DNA of 64,000 nucleotides from Candidatus Babelota bacterium (GCA_018817025.1 JAHIUU010000003.1:16854-80853), one strand, 5' to 3'. Numbered from the stretch's first letter, positions 26,502 through 35,599 are shown. Program-made: numbers and translations. Notes: a model not told the origin generated them from the sequence alone.

Positions 26502-27179
26502 CTACACAAAGTCTAGGCGCTTTTTGAGACGCGCAATTCCAAGCCAACCAAACATTACAGTAAAAGATGTCAAAGCAAGAACGCATATCCAGTATGGCAG
26601 ATAGCCTGTTTGCCCTAGTACAGCAGCCCTAATTCCCTCCATGGCATATATAAGGGGGTTGAGAAGAGAACAATACGAAATGGTTGGAGAGAGCTTATTG
26701 AGCATTTGCCACGAATAGTTTGTGCCTCCAAAAAACCAGAGCGGGAATAAGAAACGCATATTTACTTTTGCCATATGATGAAGATCTTTGATGCAGCTTG
26801 TTATAAAGAGAGAAAACGCTCCGGTGAAGATGTTTATCAACACATAGAAGAGTGCGAACTTGAGCATTGAAAAGTTCGACAAATTCATTCTGTTCCATAA
26901 GAAAAGTTTTCCAAGTGGGAGTATGATTAGCGTTGGGATACCGGCTTTAAGAGCGTAACTAATCACTTGCTTAATTAGCACAAGCACGTTTGGCATGGGC
27001 AGTGTTAAGAAGTAATTGATTGTTTTTTCCCCTTCTATATCGGAGACGAAGGTAGTTGTGTTTGCCCAAACGTCCCAGAACGAGCAGCTTACAATTGCTC
27101 CTATAGCGATGAATACACTAAAATGGTCAGGCATTCCGATCATTGGAAAAACATAGCCGAATGTTGCAATAATACACAA
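26502..27179 (-). CDS. ABC-2 type transporter permease (true N-terminus probably extends to about 27287)
   Basis: A multi-TM ABC-2 pattern. The same frame stays open upstream to 27326 and encodes a typical ABC-2 N-terminus, 'SYLKIFWELIKTDLYIYKQAILDAFVDATIWF', with no ATG/GTG/TTG. Confidence 0.7.
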   Translation of the reverse strand: MCIIATFGYVFPMIGMPDHFSVFIAIGAIVSCSFWDVWANTTTFVSDIEGEKTINYFLTLPMPNVLVLIKQVISYALKAGIPTLIILPLGKLFLWNRMNLSNFSMLKFALFYVLINIFTGAFSLFITSCIKDLHHMAKVNMRFLFPLWFFGGTNYSWQMLNKLSPTISYCSLLNPLIYAMEGIRAAVLGQTGYLPYWICVLALTSFTVMFGWLGIARLKKRLDFV

Positions 27180-27283
27180 AAACCAGATCGTTGCGTCTAC
27201 AAATGCGTCAAGAATTGCTTGCTTATAGATATAAAGATCTGTTTTTATCAGTTCCCAAAAGATTTTTAGATAAGAATGCTTCG

Positions 27284-27916
27284 TTATAGAGTTTTCGAAA
27301 TTTCTTCTCCTTTTGTTTGTCTGATTTCATCGATAGAGAGCCCATGTAATTCGTGAGGAAAAACGAGCCAGTGGTTGGTCTTGCGAACATAAAAATCAGG
27401 AATTATTATTGCAGAGTTTGGTTTGTAGTAGGTGCTGGCGATTTTGATCTGTCTTGGAGTATTATCCCCACATAGAGTCTGTATTTCTTTGAGCAAAGCC
27501 TGTATTGAGGTTCCTGTGTCAACGACGTCGTCGACTATCAATAGGGTATCGTCAGGCGTTAGTGTTTTGACGACGTCGTCGAGATTGAATACCTTTGCGG
27601 TCGGTTTTAGCTGGTCATGGTTATACGCGCTTACTCTAACAGCGAGATGATTTTCGATTGGCATGTTTTTATATTCAAAATATTCTGTTATTGCGATGCC
27701 CACCTGAGAGCCTCCTCGCCATAGTGCGATCAAAAATGTTGGCTTATATCCAGACTCAAAAATTGACTGGGCTAGTTTAAAAGAGTCATCTAGGAACTGT
27801 TGCGCACTTATATATTCTTTAGGGACAGAATTTTTTTGGGGAGTTTTGTTGATCACGAAGGTTACGAACGTTCCTACGATAAGAATTATGAAAAGTAACG
27901 ATTTTGTAGTTTTCAT
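27284..27916 (-). CDS. Type I purine phosphoribosyltransferase (Gpt/Hpt-like) with an N-terminal membrane anchor
   Basis: An SD sequence (GAGGA) lies 6 nt before the ATG at 27916. TM 'SLLFIILIVGTFVTFVI', 'FLIALWRGGSQVG', PRPP loop 'TLLIVDDVVDTGTSI', and 'NHWLVFPHE'. Confidence 0.75.
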   Translation of the reverse strand: MKTTKSLLFIILIVGTFVTFVINKTPQKNSVPKEYISAQQFLDDSFKLAQSIFESGYKPTFLIALWRGGSQVGIAITEYFEYKNMPIENHLAVRVSAYNHDQLKPTAKVFNLDDVVKTLTPDDTLLIVDDVVDTGTSIQALLKEIQTLCGDNTPRQIKIASTYYKPNSAIIIPDFYVRKTNHWLVFPHELHGLSIDEIRQTKGEEISKTL

Positions 27917-27941
27917 AGAAAATCCTCTAGTTGAGTATGAT

Positions 27942-28691
27942 TTATTGTGATTCTTCCTGCATAAGCTGTAAGAAAACATCTTCCAGTCGACTTTTTTGAT
28001 ACATGGACTTAAGCTTTGTTGGTGTATCAATCAACCGTATAACTCCTTTATCAAGTATGCAAATTCGGTCGGAGAGCATCTCAGCTTCTTCAATGTAGTG
28101 CGTGGTCAAAATAACGGTAACCCCGTCCTGTTTGAGTTGCTTGATACTGTCCCAAAGGTAACGCCTAATATGCGGGTCCAATCCAACGGTTGGCTCGTCA
28201 AGGATGACCAGCTTTGGTTTGTGGATCAGTGCTCGGACCAACGAAACTCTTTGTTTGTAGCCGCCTGAAAGTATCTTAGGTTTTGAGTCGAGATATTTTG
28301 CAAGATTGTACGTTTCGACGAGTTGCCTGACTCGCTGCTCGATAGTTTTTTCCGGCAAACTAAAATACCGCCCCGCAAATACAAGATTCTGCCTGACGGT
28401 AAGATCGTTAATAAGATTCGGTTCTTGCGGACAGAGGCCTATTTGCCGGCGATAAGCGTTAATATCATCATAGATCGACTTGTCGTTAAACAACACCTCG
28501 CCTTCGGTTTGGGGGTGTAGGGTTGCCAAGATTGACGATAACGTGGTTTTTCCCGCCCCGTTAACCCCTAATAACCCAAAAATTTCTCCTGCATAGAGTT
28601 CGAGTGAGATCCCGTCGAGAGCTTTGATTGGTGTTTTTTCATCAGGATAATATTTTTTAAGATTTTTGATTTTTATAATCGGCTTAGGCAT
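27942..28691 (-). CDS. ABC transporter ATP-binding protein (ABC-2/DrrA-type)
   Basis: Walker A 'GVNGAGKTT', signature 'LSGGYKQRVSL', and Walker B 'LVILDEPTVGLD'. Confidence 0.9.
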   Translation of the reverse strand: MPKPIIKIKNLKKYYPDEKTPIKALDGISLELYAGEIFGLLGVNGAGKTTLSSILATLHPQTEGEVLFNDKSIYDDINAYRRQIGLCPQEPNLINDLTVRQNLVFAGRYFSLPEKTIEQRVRQLVETYNLAKYLDSKPKILSGGYKQRVSLVRALIHKPKLVILDEPTVGLDPHIRRYLWDSIKQLKQDGVTVILTTHYIEEAEMLSDRICILDKGVIRLIDTPTKLKSMYQKSRLEDVFLQLMQEESQ

Positions 28692-28780
28692 GGCTTTTTA
28701 TCTGCTACCCCTAGGTTAAAAACGCTCTTTTTAAGTTAATTATAGTAGCAGATTTTTGTGAGATGTGGGATTTTTTTGAA

Positions 28781-28809
28781 GAGGGGTTCACCTTGGCGGC
28801 GAACCCCTC
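28781..28809 (-). terminator. GC-rich hairpin downstream of the 161-aa gene
   Basis: GAGGGGTTC pairs with GAACCCCTC across an 11-nt loop. The T-run flanks the + strand side, so the U-tract on the minus transcript is poor. Confidence 0.35.
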
Positions 28810-28839
28810 TAGCTTTTGTTCAAGAGAGATGGGCTCCAC

Positions 28840-29325
28840 TTAGTTTTTCTTAGGACCTTTACCCCAAGGCCACCAGCCTGTTTTTTGGATCCCCCCTTTT
28901 CTGGCGGTTCTATAAATATCACGCAAAGTTTTTTTGTGTGTTTTGTATGTTTCGGACTGGCCTTGCATTTCTTTCAAGATTAATTCTATTTGTTTGACGG
29001 CGTTGTCCCATGTTGCCTTTTGCTCATAGGTCAAAGGTAGTATTTCTTTGTCGAGTTCTTCTGATGTCTTGAATTGAAGCATTCTTGGAAATCTTTCTTT
29101 CCCCTTTGTTGTTTCTTGGAAGAATTTTCGGTTTTCCATCCAGTTGTGCTTACCGACTTTGCCCTCCTTCTGTTGCTCAGCACCGCCTTTGCCAGTCTTC
29201 TTTTGCACAGTACTTTCTATCAGTTCTTGTTTGCTAATTAGACTCTTTTTTTTTGCGCTTGCTTGTCCTGTAAACATGACCACGACAGCCAAAAGTAGAG
29301 CACTCCATTGCATCTGCTTCGTCAT
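28840..29325 (-). CDS. Hypothetical secreted protein (161 aa), paralogue of the upstream gene
   Basis: It has a signal peptide. 'FKTSEELDKEILPLTYEQKATWDNAVKQIELILKEM' aligns with the neighbouring ORF. Confidence 0.6.
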   Translation of the reverse strand: MTKQMQWSALLLAVVVMFTGQASAKKKSLISKQELIESTVQKKTGKGGAEQQKEGKVGKHNWMENRKFFQETTKGKERFPRMLQFKTSEELDKEILPLTYEQKATWDNAVKQIELILKEMQGQSETYKTHKKTLRDIYRTARKGGIQKTGWWPWGKGPKKN

Positions 29326-29885
29326 AGCTTCCCCTTCGAAATAGAGTTAAACAGTTCAAATAATTCACGTTCTAATTTGTTATATCTTTCTTTTAGTGGT
29401 TTAAGTTCTATGAGCATCTTTTTTATTGTGATTTCTAGTGTTGCGCTCTTAAGATTTAGGTGTAGTTGCTTAGAAGTTAGCCTGCCGAATTCTATTGTGT
29501 CTGTTGGATTTAGTCGGGAAATATTTTCTCGTATTTTTCTCATATCTACTTTAATAGATTGTTTTTGATCGAATGGTTTTTTGAATTTTGCTCTGATAGC
29601 GTCGATTTCTCTTAACGTTTTCTCGACATTCTGCACGATTTGATCCCACTCGACCAGCTTGTTAGTAAGTGAAAAATCGTCTCCAGCATTTATTTCTTCA
29701 GCCGTTTTGAAATAGCACAGCTGCCTGAGTTGAGGGATATTCGGGGCGTATTGTTGTTTTGATACCGCACGAACAATTTCGTCTCGGGGTATTTCGCCAA
29801 GTAAGAGGGAGATGGAAAGAGAAGCGCCCAAGACAGAGCTTTTAATTAATTTTTTCACGAGCCCCCTTTTAGCTAAAAAATACAA
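29322..29885 (-). CDS. Hypothetical secreted protein (187 aa), paralogue of the downstream gene
   Basis: Leader 'SSVLGASLSISLLLG'. 'FKTAEEINAGDDFSLTNKLVEWDQIVQNVEKTLREI' aligns with the 161-aa ORF. The two genes overlap by 4 nt. Confidence 0.6.
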   Translation of the reverse strand: MYFLAKRGLVKKLIKSSVLGASLSISLLLGEIPRDEIVRAVSKQQYAPNIPQLRQLCYFKTAEEINAGDDFSLTNKLVEWDQIVQNVEKTLREIDAIRAKFKKPFDQKQSIKVDMRKIRENISRLNPTDTIEFGRLTSKQLHLNLKSATLEITIKKMLIELKPLKERYNKLERELFELFNSISKGKL

Positions 29886-29944
29886 CTAGAAAGTTATGTT
29901 GTTATTATAGTACTATAGAAGGGTTGCTGAGGGCAAGATTCTTG

Positions 29945-31216
29945 TTAAAAATTAAATGCTATTTGTCCGCCGACGGTATTGGCGAGGATTGATCGTTTTC
30001 CGGCGACAGGAAGTTTATAGAAGAACGAGAGGCCCAGCGGCGAGTATGAACCTCGAAAAACAAAGCTGTGGGTCGCCCATTCTTTTAGGCTTTGTGCCGA
30101 ATTGACGATTGAGTTGTCAAAATCATACGATTTAGGAGAAAGCCTGTTCTCGTCGTGTTTGACGAAGTGGTAGCTTATCGTGGTCGAAAGGCCGGAGAAA
30201 AATATTTTTTTGGCCTGTGTAAAAAGAGTAAACTGCCACATTGGTCCTTGGCTTTTACTTGCTTGTCCTTTGTGTAGAATCAAGAAGTCTGTTTGATTAA
30301 CGTCCGTTTTCATGCGATAGGTTCTGGTGGTATCGAAAGTTCCTAAAAGGCTCAGATCAATGCCGGCTTTCAGATGATATACAAAATCGAGATCGAGTCC
30401 CAGAGATAACGGTATACCCCATGCGCCGTCAAGGCCGAGGGGAAGAGAGAGCGCCTGATCCTCATCCCTTTGTTTGCCCGTTGGGATTGAAACGCCAACA
30501 TTTGCATTGATCCTAACTTTTTTAAGATAGGTTTTGAGTTGCTTAAAATCTTTTTTCCAGCCGAGCATGATGGCAATATCTCCAATTCCACTTGCTTTCC
30601 AGCCGTGCCTATTGATGTTTAGACAGGCGTGTGTCCGAGCAAACTGTTCGATATTACCTGACACCAGTTCTTGAAACTCTCTGTCAGCAGAAAGGACGCT
30701 TTGTGTTTGGTCACACCAGCTTACGTTATACAGCTCCATTTCTTTGAAGGGGACGAATAGGCCTAGTTCGAAGGTTCCATCAAGTGTTATTGGTAGCTTA
30801 TATCGGGTAAAAAATGTGTAGCTTCGTTCTTTATAGTTACCATCAAGCTTAAATCGTCCACGACAGCTATTATCGGTTGCTGTTGCGGCAGAAACGCCTA
30901 GCGATTTAGCAAGCTTGTCGAGGTAGCTGTCCTTCGGAACACCGAGAAGCATCCCAAGACTTGACTCTGTTGTATTATACAACTGAAATATGCCGACTTT
31001 ATTCGAGTCCCAATCTCGGCCCTTATCTGTTTTGCCATCTTCAACAAACATCCCAACCCGAAAATTGTTTTTTTCCCACTCATATTGTCGAAAATCGACA
31101 TCATACGGGCGATGGAAGTTAGTTGGAGTGTAAGCACTTAGGCTAATCTCAATTGAAAAAAAAGTGGTAAGAAGTAAGACTGTTTTGAAAAAAAGATTCT
31201 TGCTGGTTCGTTTCAC
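29945..31216 (-). CDS. Outer-membrane beta-barrel protein (family unknown)
   Basis: It has a signal peptide and alternating-hydrophobic strands throughout. The C-terminal OMP signature ends in '...GGQIAFNF'. Confidence 0.65.
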   Translation of the reverse strand: MKRTSKNLFFKTVLLLTTFFSIEISLSAYTPTNFHRPYDVDFRQYEWEKNNFRVGMFVEDGKTDKGRDWDSNKVGIFQLYNTTESSLGMLLGVPKDSYLDKLAKSLGVSAATATDNSCRGRFKLDGNYKERSYTFFTRYKLPITLDGTFELGLFVPFKEMELYNVSWCDQTQSVLSADREFQELVSGNIEQFARTHACLNINRHGWKASGIGDIAIMLGWKKDFKQLKTYLKKVRINANVGVSIPTGKQRDEDQALSLPLGLDGAWGIPLSLGLDLDFVYHLKAGIDLSLLGTFDTTRTYRMKTDVNQTDFLILHKGQASKSQGPMWQFTLFTQAKKIFFSGLSTTISYHFVKHDENRLSPKSYDFDNSIVNSAQSLKEWATHSFVFRGSYSPLGLSFFYKLPVAGKRSILANTVGGQIAFNF

Positions 31217-31244
31217 GATTGTCCTTTGCTAATTTGTCGTTCAG

Positions 31245-34016
31245 TTATTCGTTGACCCGTATTCCCCAATCCCCTGGAATAACCCAGGCGCCCGAAGCTG
31301 TGTTTTGTACGGGGATTCCGGCATTGTGTGCGCTTGAATCAAGTCCTAGCGGTAACCTGCGATCGCTGGCGCGTACGCTAAACTGTGTTGAGGTGATGTT
31401 GACTTTTCGTCCGTATCCTGTTCGGTCAAAATGTTTTGGAAGGGTGTGGTAGCCAAAGGTTCCATCTGGAACGAACGTCGTTCTCAGTTCTCCAAATGCA
31501 TAGTAGTGGTCACGACTTCTTTCGGTGATCGCCTGTATTGTGTTGTCATCAACCGTGCCGGTTGGATTATTTACGGTAAATCGCAGAATGGTTGCAAGAT
31601 CGGTTGTCATGTTTGCCGAAACGGCGTACAGGTTGCCTCCACCATCAAACGATCCTTTGCTCAACGATTGCATTGAAAGATTGGTAACTTGACCCAAAGT
31701 ACGATCAGATTTCGTTTTCACCTCAGTCCATGAGCTGCCTGATTTAATAGTCTGACCGTTCGATGTTCGATACAGTCCCGATGTTGTTGCAAGCATTCCT
31801 ACGTTGCCAGAAACGAGAAAATCCAAGAGCGAATCGTTGGAGGATACAGGTTGAGCTATAACGGTAGCAGTTAGGGCGTCAGGACTGGTGTCTTTAAACT
31901 TATCAGCGTCCATCGCAATTCTATAGAGCGCACGTGGCGTGAGTACGTAGAGATACTCGTTATCGCAGACCAGTTTATGGACTCGGGAAAAATCGCCAAT
32001 TTCTTTAAATGTAAATCCTGGTGTTGAGATATTGTTTGTGAGGTCGTCGAGCTGAGTCCAGCCTGTTCCATCAGACCCCTTGCGTAGGACCGCGGCGCCG
32101 CCATACCCACCGACAAAAAGCCAGCCTTCGTCTGTATCAGAAGAGAGCGATGTTGCTGCACAGCATATTGGTCCGATGTTTTGTAGGTCGTTGTTGTTAA
32201 AAATTTTGACGTTGTCCACTAGATTTGTTGAGAAGTCTGTTCCTGACGTTGGAACGAATACCCCGTCAACTTTTCCTGATCGAATAAGGGCGACTTTTTG
32301 ATAACCGGTTGCCACCATCATTGAGAATTCGTCTTCGAGAAAGCTTGCTGTTTTTTCATCGAAGTTAAAGAGTTGGTGTATGCCGCCAATTTCCTTAGGG
32401 AGCTCTAGGACAAGCTTCTTGTGTAAGTTGCCCAGTAATTCTGTGTCATTTTGGCTCCAGAGAGTTGTTTTTACGGTGTCTCCGGGGTTGTTTGTTTGTG
32501 TTAGATACCAAAACTGTCCTGTTTCTATGTCGATATGTGCATTTAAAACAGGATCCGTTGAACCCATAACGCGTTGCCATGGTGTCCAGCCTCGTATTAG
32601 GCCGTCTTCATCGAATATCGCTGTGCTTTTAAATATTCCCTTGGCGTTTTCGGCGCTGCCGGCACAGCAGGCGTAGACGGCATCACCCAGTGTGAACATG
32701 TTTTCGACGGTGTCGGGGACCGTCCCTTGGCCCGTCTTGGCTTCAGCGTCGGTTTTTGTTCGAAGCTCACCAGGTATAGTAGGCGCGTCTTCCTGTGTAA
32801 CAGAATCTTTTTTTGCGAGGGTTCCTATGAGACTCTTATCATCAGAAGTTGTTATAATTGGCAGCGCAAACAGTTCGGTTTTTATAATAGAACCTAAATT
32901 ATTATAAATGTTTCCGTTTGCGATTAGATATGCTTTTCCTGTACTGGTGTACATGGTTTTGATGTTGTGAATGGCAACATGCTCGTCTGGAGCAGTGATG
33001 AGCGTATCTTTGTGAAATGCGACAATCTTATCCGTGGCCGTATCTGTTCCGATAACGCTTGCTGGAACGACCGGCTCAAGAATAAGCTTATCTCCATCCA
33101 TTCTTCCGACAAGAACACCAGAAATAAACGTTGAATCATTAGAGTTAATTTTTCCCTGTAGTCCAATGAAAAGTCTCTTGAGAATCGAATCCCAGAACAT
33201 CACTGCGCCATCGAGCAGGTCGATGTTTGTTGCATCAGATCCAGCTACTGTTTTTACGGTAACGGATTTATTGCCTTCTTGGCCTGTTGTTGCATCGATC
33301 GGGGTAAGATCGACGCCGGTCGACTTAACAACGGCGATACCCGAGTTTGTTCCACCGAACGTTGCTTCTTCTGTATGGTTGACCGCCGCAAAGATATGAC
33401 TTGTAGACGAAGCAAGACCCGAAATTCCTCCGGTTTGGTTGCCGTTTGAATCGTTGATTTTTTTTGTGTTTGTTAAAACAAAATCGCCTTTAGTAGCGCT
33501 GAGAACCATAACAATATTTTGGTTGGTTCCTGTTGTATTAGAATCGACGTAATTTGGGTTTCTTGTTGCGGGAACGGCGACTGGATAGGGGCCGGAGAGC
33601 GAGAGGTGAGCGATGTCTGCGTTATAGAGCGGGTTTTCGGTTTTGCCTGACTCTTTAGCACCGTTGCTTTGACTTTGATTGACAAATGCTTTTTGGGGCG
33701 CAAGTGCTAAGAAGTCTAACGTAACCAGGTCGCTGGTTACATTGATAAATGCTCGCGAGAGTGCGTATGTTTTTTGATTTGTATTGGAAGCCCCCAGGTA
33801 AAAATTATTTGCCGACAGAAAGGTGCTGGGGCCAAAGGTGAGTGGGGCGGTTGTTATGACGTCTACGCTTCTGGTTGCAATCTCCACTTCTTCTTTTTCT
33901 ACCGTGGCCATCGTAACCGATCTTGGGCCGCTTGAAAGTGTTGGAAGAACGGTTTGATAGACTCCCATATTTAGGGCCATCGTCACGATTATTGTCAATC
34001 TCGTGTGTCTACTCAT
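31245..34016 (-). CDS. Large secreted/surface protein (923 aa), possible beta-propeller
   Basis: Hydrophobic leader and a T/S/N/G-rich composition. Asp-box-like motifs 'LRKGSDGTGWTQL' and 'GLYRTSNGQTIKSGSSWTEV'. No family was recognised with confidence. Confidence 0.6.
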   Translation of the reverse strand: MSRHTRLTIIVTMALNMGVYQTVLPTLSSGPRSVTMATVEKEEVEIATRSVDVITTAPLTFGPSTFLSANNFYLGASNTNQKTYALSRAFINVTSDLVTLDFLALAPQKAFVNQSQSNGAKESGKTENPLYNADIAHLSLSGPYPVAVPATRNPNYVDSNTTGTNQNIVMVLSATKGDFVLTNTKKINDSNGNQTGGISGLASSTSHIFAAVNHTEEATFGGTNSGIAVVKSTGVDLTPIDATTGQEGNKSVTVKTVAGSDATNIDLLDGAVMFWDSILKRLFIGLQGKINSNDSTFISGVLVGRMDGDKLILEPVVPASVIGTDTATDKIVAFHKDTLITAPDEHVAIHNIKTMYTSTGKAYLIANGNIYNNLGSIIKTELFALPIITTSDDKSLIGTLAKKDSVTQEDAPTIPGELRTKTDAEAKTGQGTVPDTVENMFTLGDAVYACCAGSAENAKGIFKSTAIFDEDGLIRGWTPWQRVMGSTDPVLNAHIDIETGQFWYLTQTNNPGDTVKTTLWSQNDTELLGNLHKKLVLELPKEIGGIHQLFNFDEKTASFLEDEFSMMVATGYQKVALIRSGKVDGVFVPTSGTDFSTNLVDNVKIFNNNDLQNIGPICCAATSLSSDTDEGWLFVGGYGGAAVLRKGSDGTGWTQLDDLTNNISTPGFTFKEIGDFSRVHKLVCDNEYLYVLTPRALYRIAMDADKFKDTSPDALTATVIAQPVSSNDSLLDFLVSGNVGMLATTSGLYRTSNGQTIKSGSSWTEVKTKSDRTLGQVTNLSMQSLSKGSFDGGGNLYAVSANMTTDLATILRFTVNNPTGTVDDNTIQAITERSRDHYYAFGELRTTFVPDGTFGYHTLPKHFDRTGYGRKVNITSTQFSVRASDRRLPLGLDSSAHNAGIPVQNTASGAWVIPGDWGIRVNE

Positions 34017-34026
34017 GATTTCGATC

Positions 34027-35565
34027 CTATCTCTTTAAGAAGTAGAGCTTTAGCTTACATAAATCTTTTATGAAGAACATGACCATCATTGTAAATAGAA
34101 ATAGTGGAATTGTGAATATCCAATATCCCCAGCGGATGCAAAAAAACGAATGCCATGAGGTTTGAGAAAGCAGGTAGCAGAACAGCTTGTGAGCACCAAG
34201 AAAAAGCGCTATCCCAATAAGTAAGTTAACGCTGTAGCGTCCCAAAAATACAAGATAGTTTCCGGCATGGATGCGGAATTTATGTTTTTTATAAAGAAAA
34301 AAGAGACAGATTGCGGTTAACGCTGCTCCTGAAATCGCTGTTGATGCGGCGACACCTGGGGCGCCATAATAGTGCATCCCAATAATACTGAAAACTAAGT
34401 TGATGGCCGTTGCGATGATTGATGCGACGGTTGGGTACCAGGTATCGTGTCTCGCATAGAACATGTTAATAAGTACTTTGTTGAAGCAGTAGAAGACGAG
34501 TCCGCTTGAGTAGCAGACAAGAATGGCGACCGTTTCTTGGACTCTCGATTTATCAGAAAGAAAGTGTGTCAGAATAGTTGGCGCGACAAAGAAGAGAAAT
34601 AGCATAGTTGGAACAATCATCCAGGTGATAAACTTTGCCGTTTCGATTAGATAGAAGTGAAGACGTTTTGGGGCGTAGGTTGAGATTCTAGAGAAATGCG
34701 GCAAGAGAATGGTTGAAAAAGCGACTGCAAAGATTCCCAGCGGCAGGTTCATAAACCTGTTGCCAACATATAACAGTGTGATTGATCCTTCCGGAAGATA
34801 CGAAGAGATGACCATATCGAGATAAATATTGATTTCAACAACCCCTACGCCGATCAGGCACGGGAGAAATTTTTTCAAGATGTTTTTAAACTCGCGTCGA
34901 GCTTCCTGTGTTATCGTCCCAAAGGTAAAGTGATAGCTTAGGTATAGCGTGACATGTAGTATGAAAACCAGGCTTCCGCCGACGAGGATTCCCACGGCCA
35001 GGATTGTTGGGGTTTGGTGGTACATGAGGCAAAAGATAAGTGTTCCGACGTAGGCAATATTGTGTAGGACCGGTCCAAATGATTGGGCGAAAAAGTGGTC
35101 TTTTGCTTGCAGCGCGCCAGAGAGTAGTGCGCTGCTTGATATAAAAAACAAAAGTGGGAATAGGATTTGTAAAAGAGGTACGGCATAGCTGATTTGTTTT
35201 GCCGAGAACCCAGGGGTAACAAGTTTTAAGACGATCTCAGGAAAAAAGAATACGAACACGCATAAAAGCAAGACAATTCCTTCGAAGAAGAGAAATGCGA
35301 GACTCATGGTGCCGTTTGCCGTTTTATGGTTTTTCTTTTTGGTAAGTTGTACGTAGCTTGGTATGAAAGCTGCGCTCAGGGCCCCTTCAGCGAAGATTCG
35401 ACGAAAGAAGTTTGGAAGTTTGAATGCGGCGATAAACGCATCAGCGAGAGCGCCTGTTCCAAGGAATTTAAGTTGTAAAAAGACCCGCGGGAACGCAAGG
35501 AGTCTACTGAGTAATGTGAATGCGCCGAAGTTGAATGTTTTTCGTAAAATTGATCGCTTTTGCAT
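34027..35565 (-). CDS. murJ: Lipid II flippase MurJ/MviN
   Basis: 'FGAFTLLSRLLAFPRVFLQLKFLGTGALADAFIAAFKLPNFFRRIFAEGALSAAFIP'. It is a polytopic protein of 512 aa. Confidence 0.9.
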   Translation of the reverse strand: MQKRSILRKTFNFGAFTLLSRLLAFPRVFLQLKFLGTGALADAFIAAFKLPNFFRRIFAEGALSAAFIPSYVQLTKKKNHKTANGTMSLAFLFFEGIVLLLCVFVFFFPEIVLKLVTPGFSAKQISYAVPLLQILFPLLFFISSSALLSGALQAKDHFFAQSFGPVLHNIAYVGTLIFCLMYHQTPTILAVGILVGGSLVFILHVTLYLSYHFTFGTITQEARREFKNILKKFLPCLIGVGVVEINIYLDMVISSYLPEGSITLLYVGNRFMNLPLGIFAVAFSTILLPHFSRISTYAPKRLHFYLIETAKFITWMIVPTMLFLFFVAPTILTHFLSDKSRVQETVAILVCYSSGLVFYCFNKVLINMFYARHDTWYPTVASIIATAINLVFSIIGMHYYGAPGVAASTAISGAALTAICLFFLYKKHKFRIHAGNYLVFLGRYSVNLLIGIALFLGAHKLFCYLLSQTSWHSFFCIRWGYWIFTIPLFLFTMMVMFFIKDLCKLKLYFLKR

Positions 35566-35599
35566 AGGGGGTGCCGGAGTAAGAGGTTTATTAAAAGGT

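Noticed and set aside
27287-27326. A programmed ribosomal frameshift could fuse the PRTase to the ABC-2 permease.
   Set aside because: There is no slippery heptamer or downstream structure in the 40-nt overlap. It is kept only as an alternative explanation under the start-codon finding.
27857-27916. An alternative in-frame GTG start inside the hydrophobic segment of the PRTase would give a soluble enzyme.
   Set aside because: It is not excluded, but the ATG at 27916 has a clear GAGGA SD at 6-nt spacing while the GTG has none. The anchored form is therefore kept as the primary model and the caveat is recorded in the finding.
31431-33399. Several 70-120-aa + strand ORFs lie inside the 923-aa minus-strand gene. 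Similar antisense ORFs lie inside the MCE gene (18396-19167), opposite nusB/kdsA (45543-46422) and opposite lpxD/prs (7706-8478).
   Set aside because: They are shadow ORFs on the opposite strand of long, well-supported genes. Their composition is low-complexity or Ser/Pro/Arg-rich, they have no SD sequences and they match no recognisable motifs.
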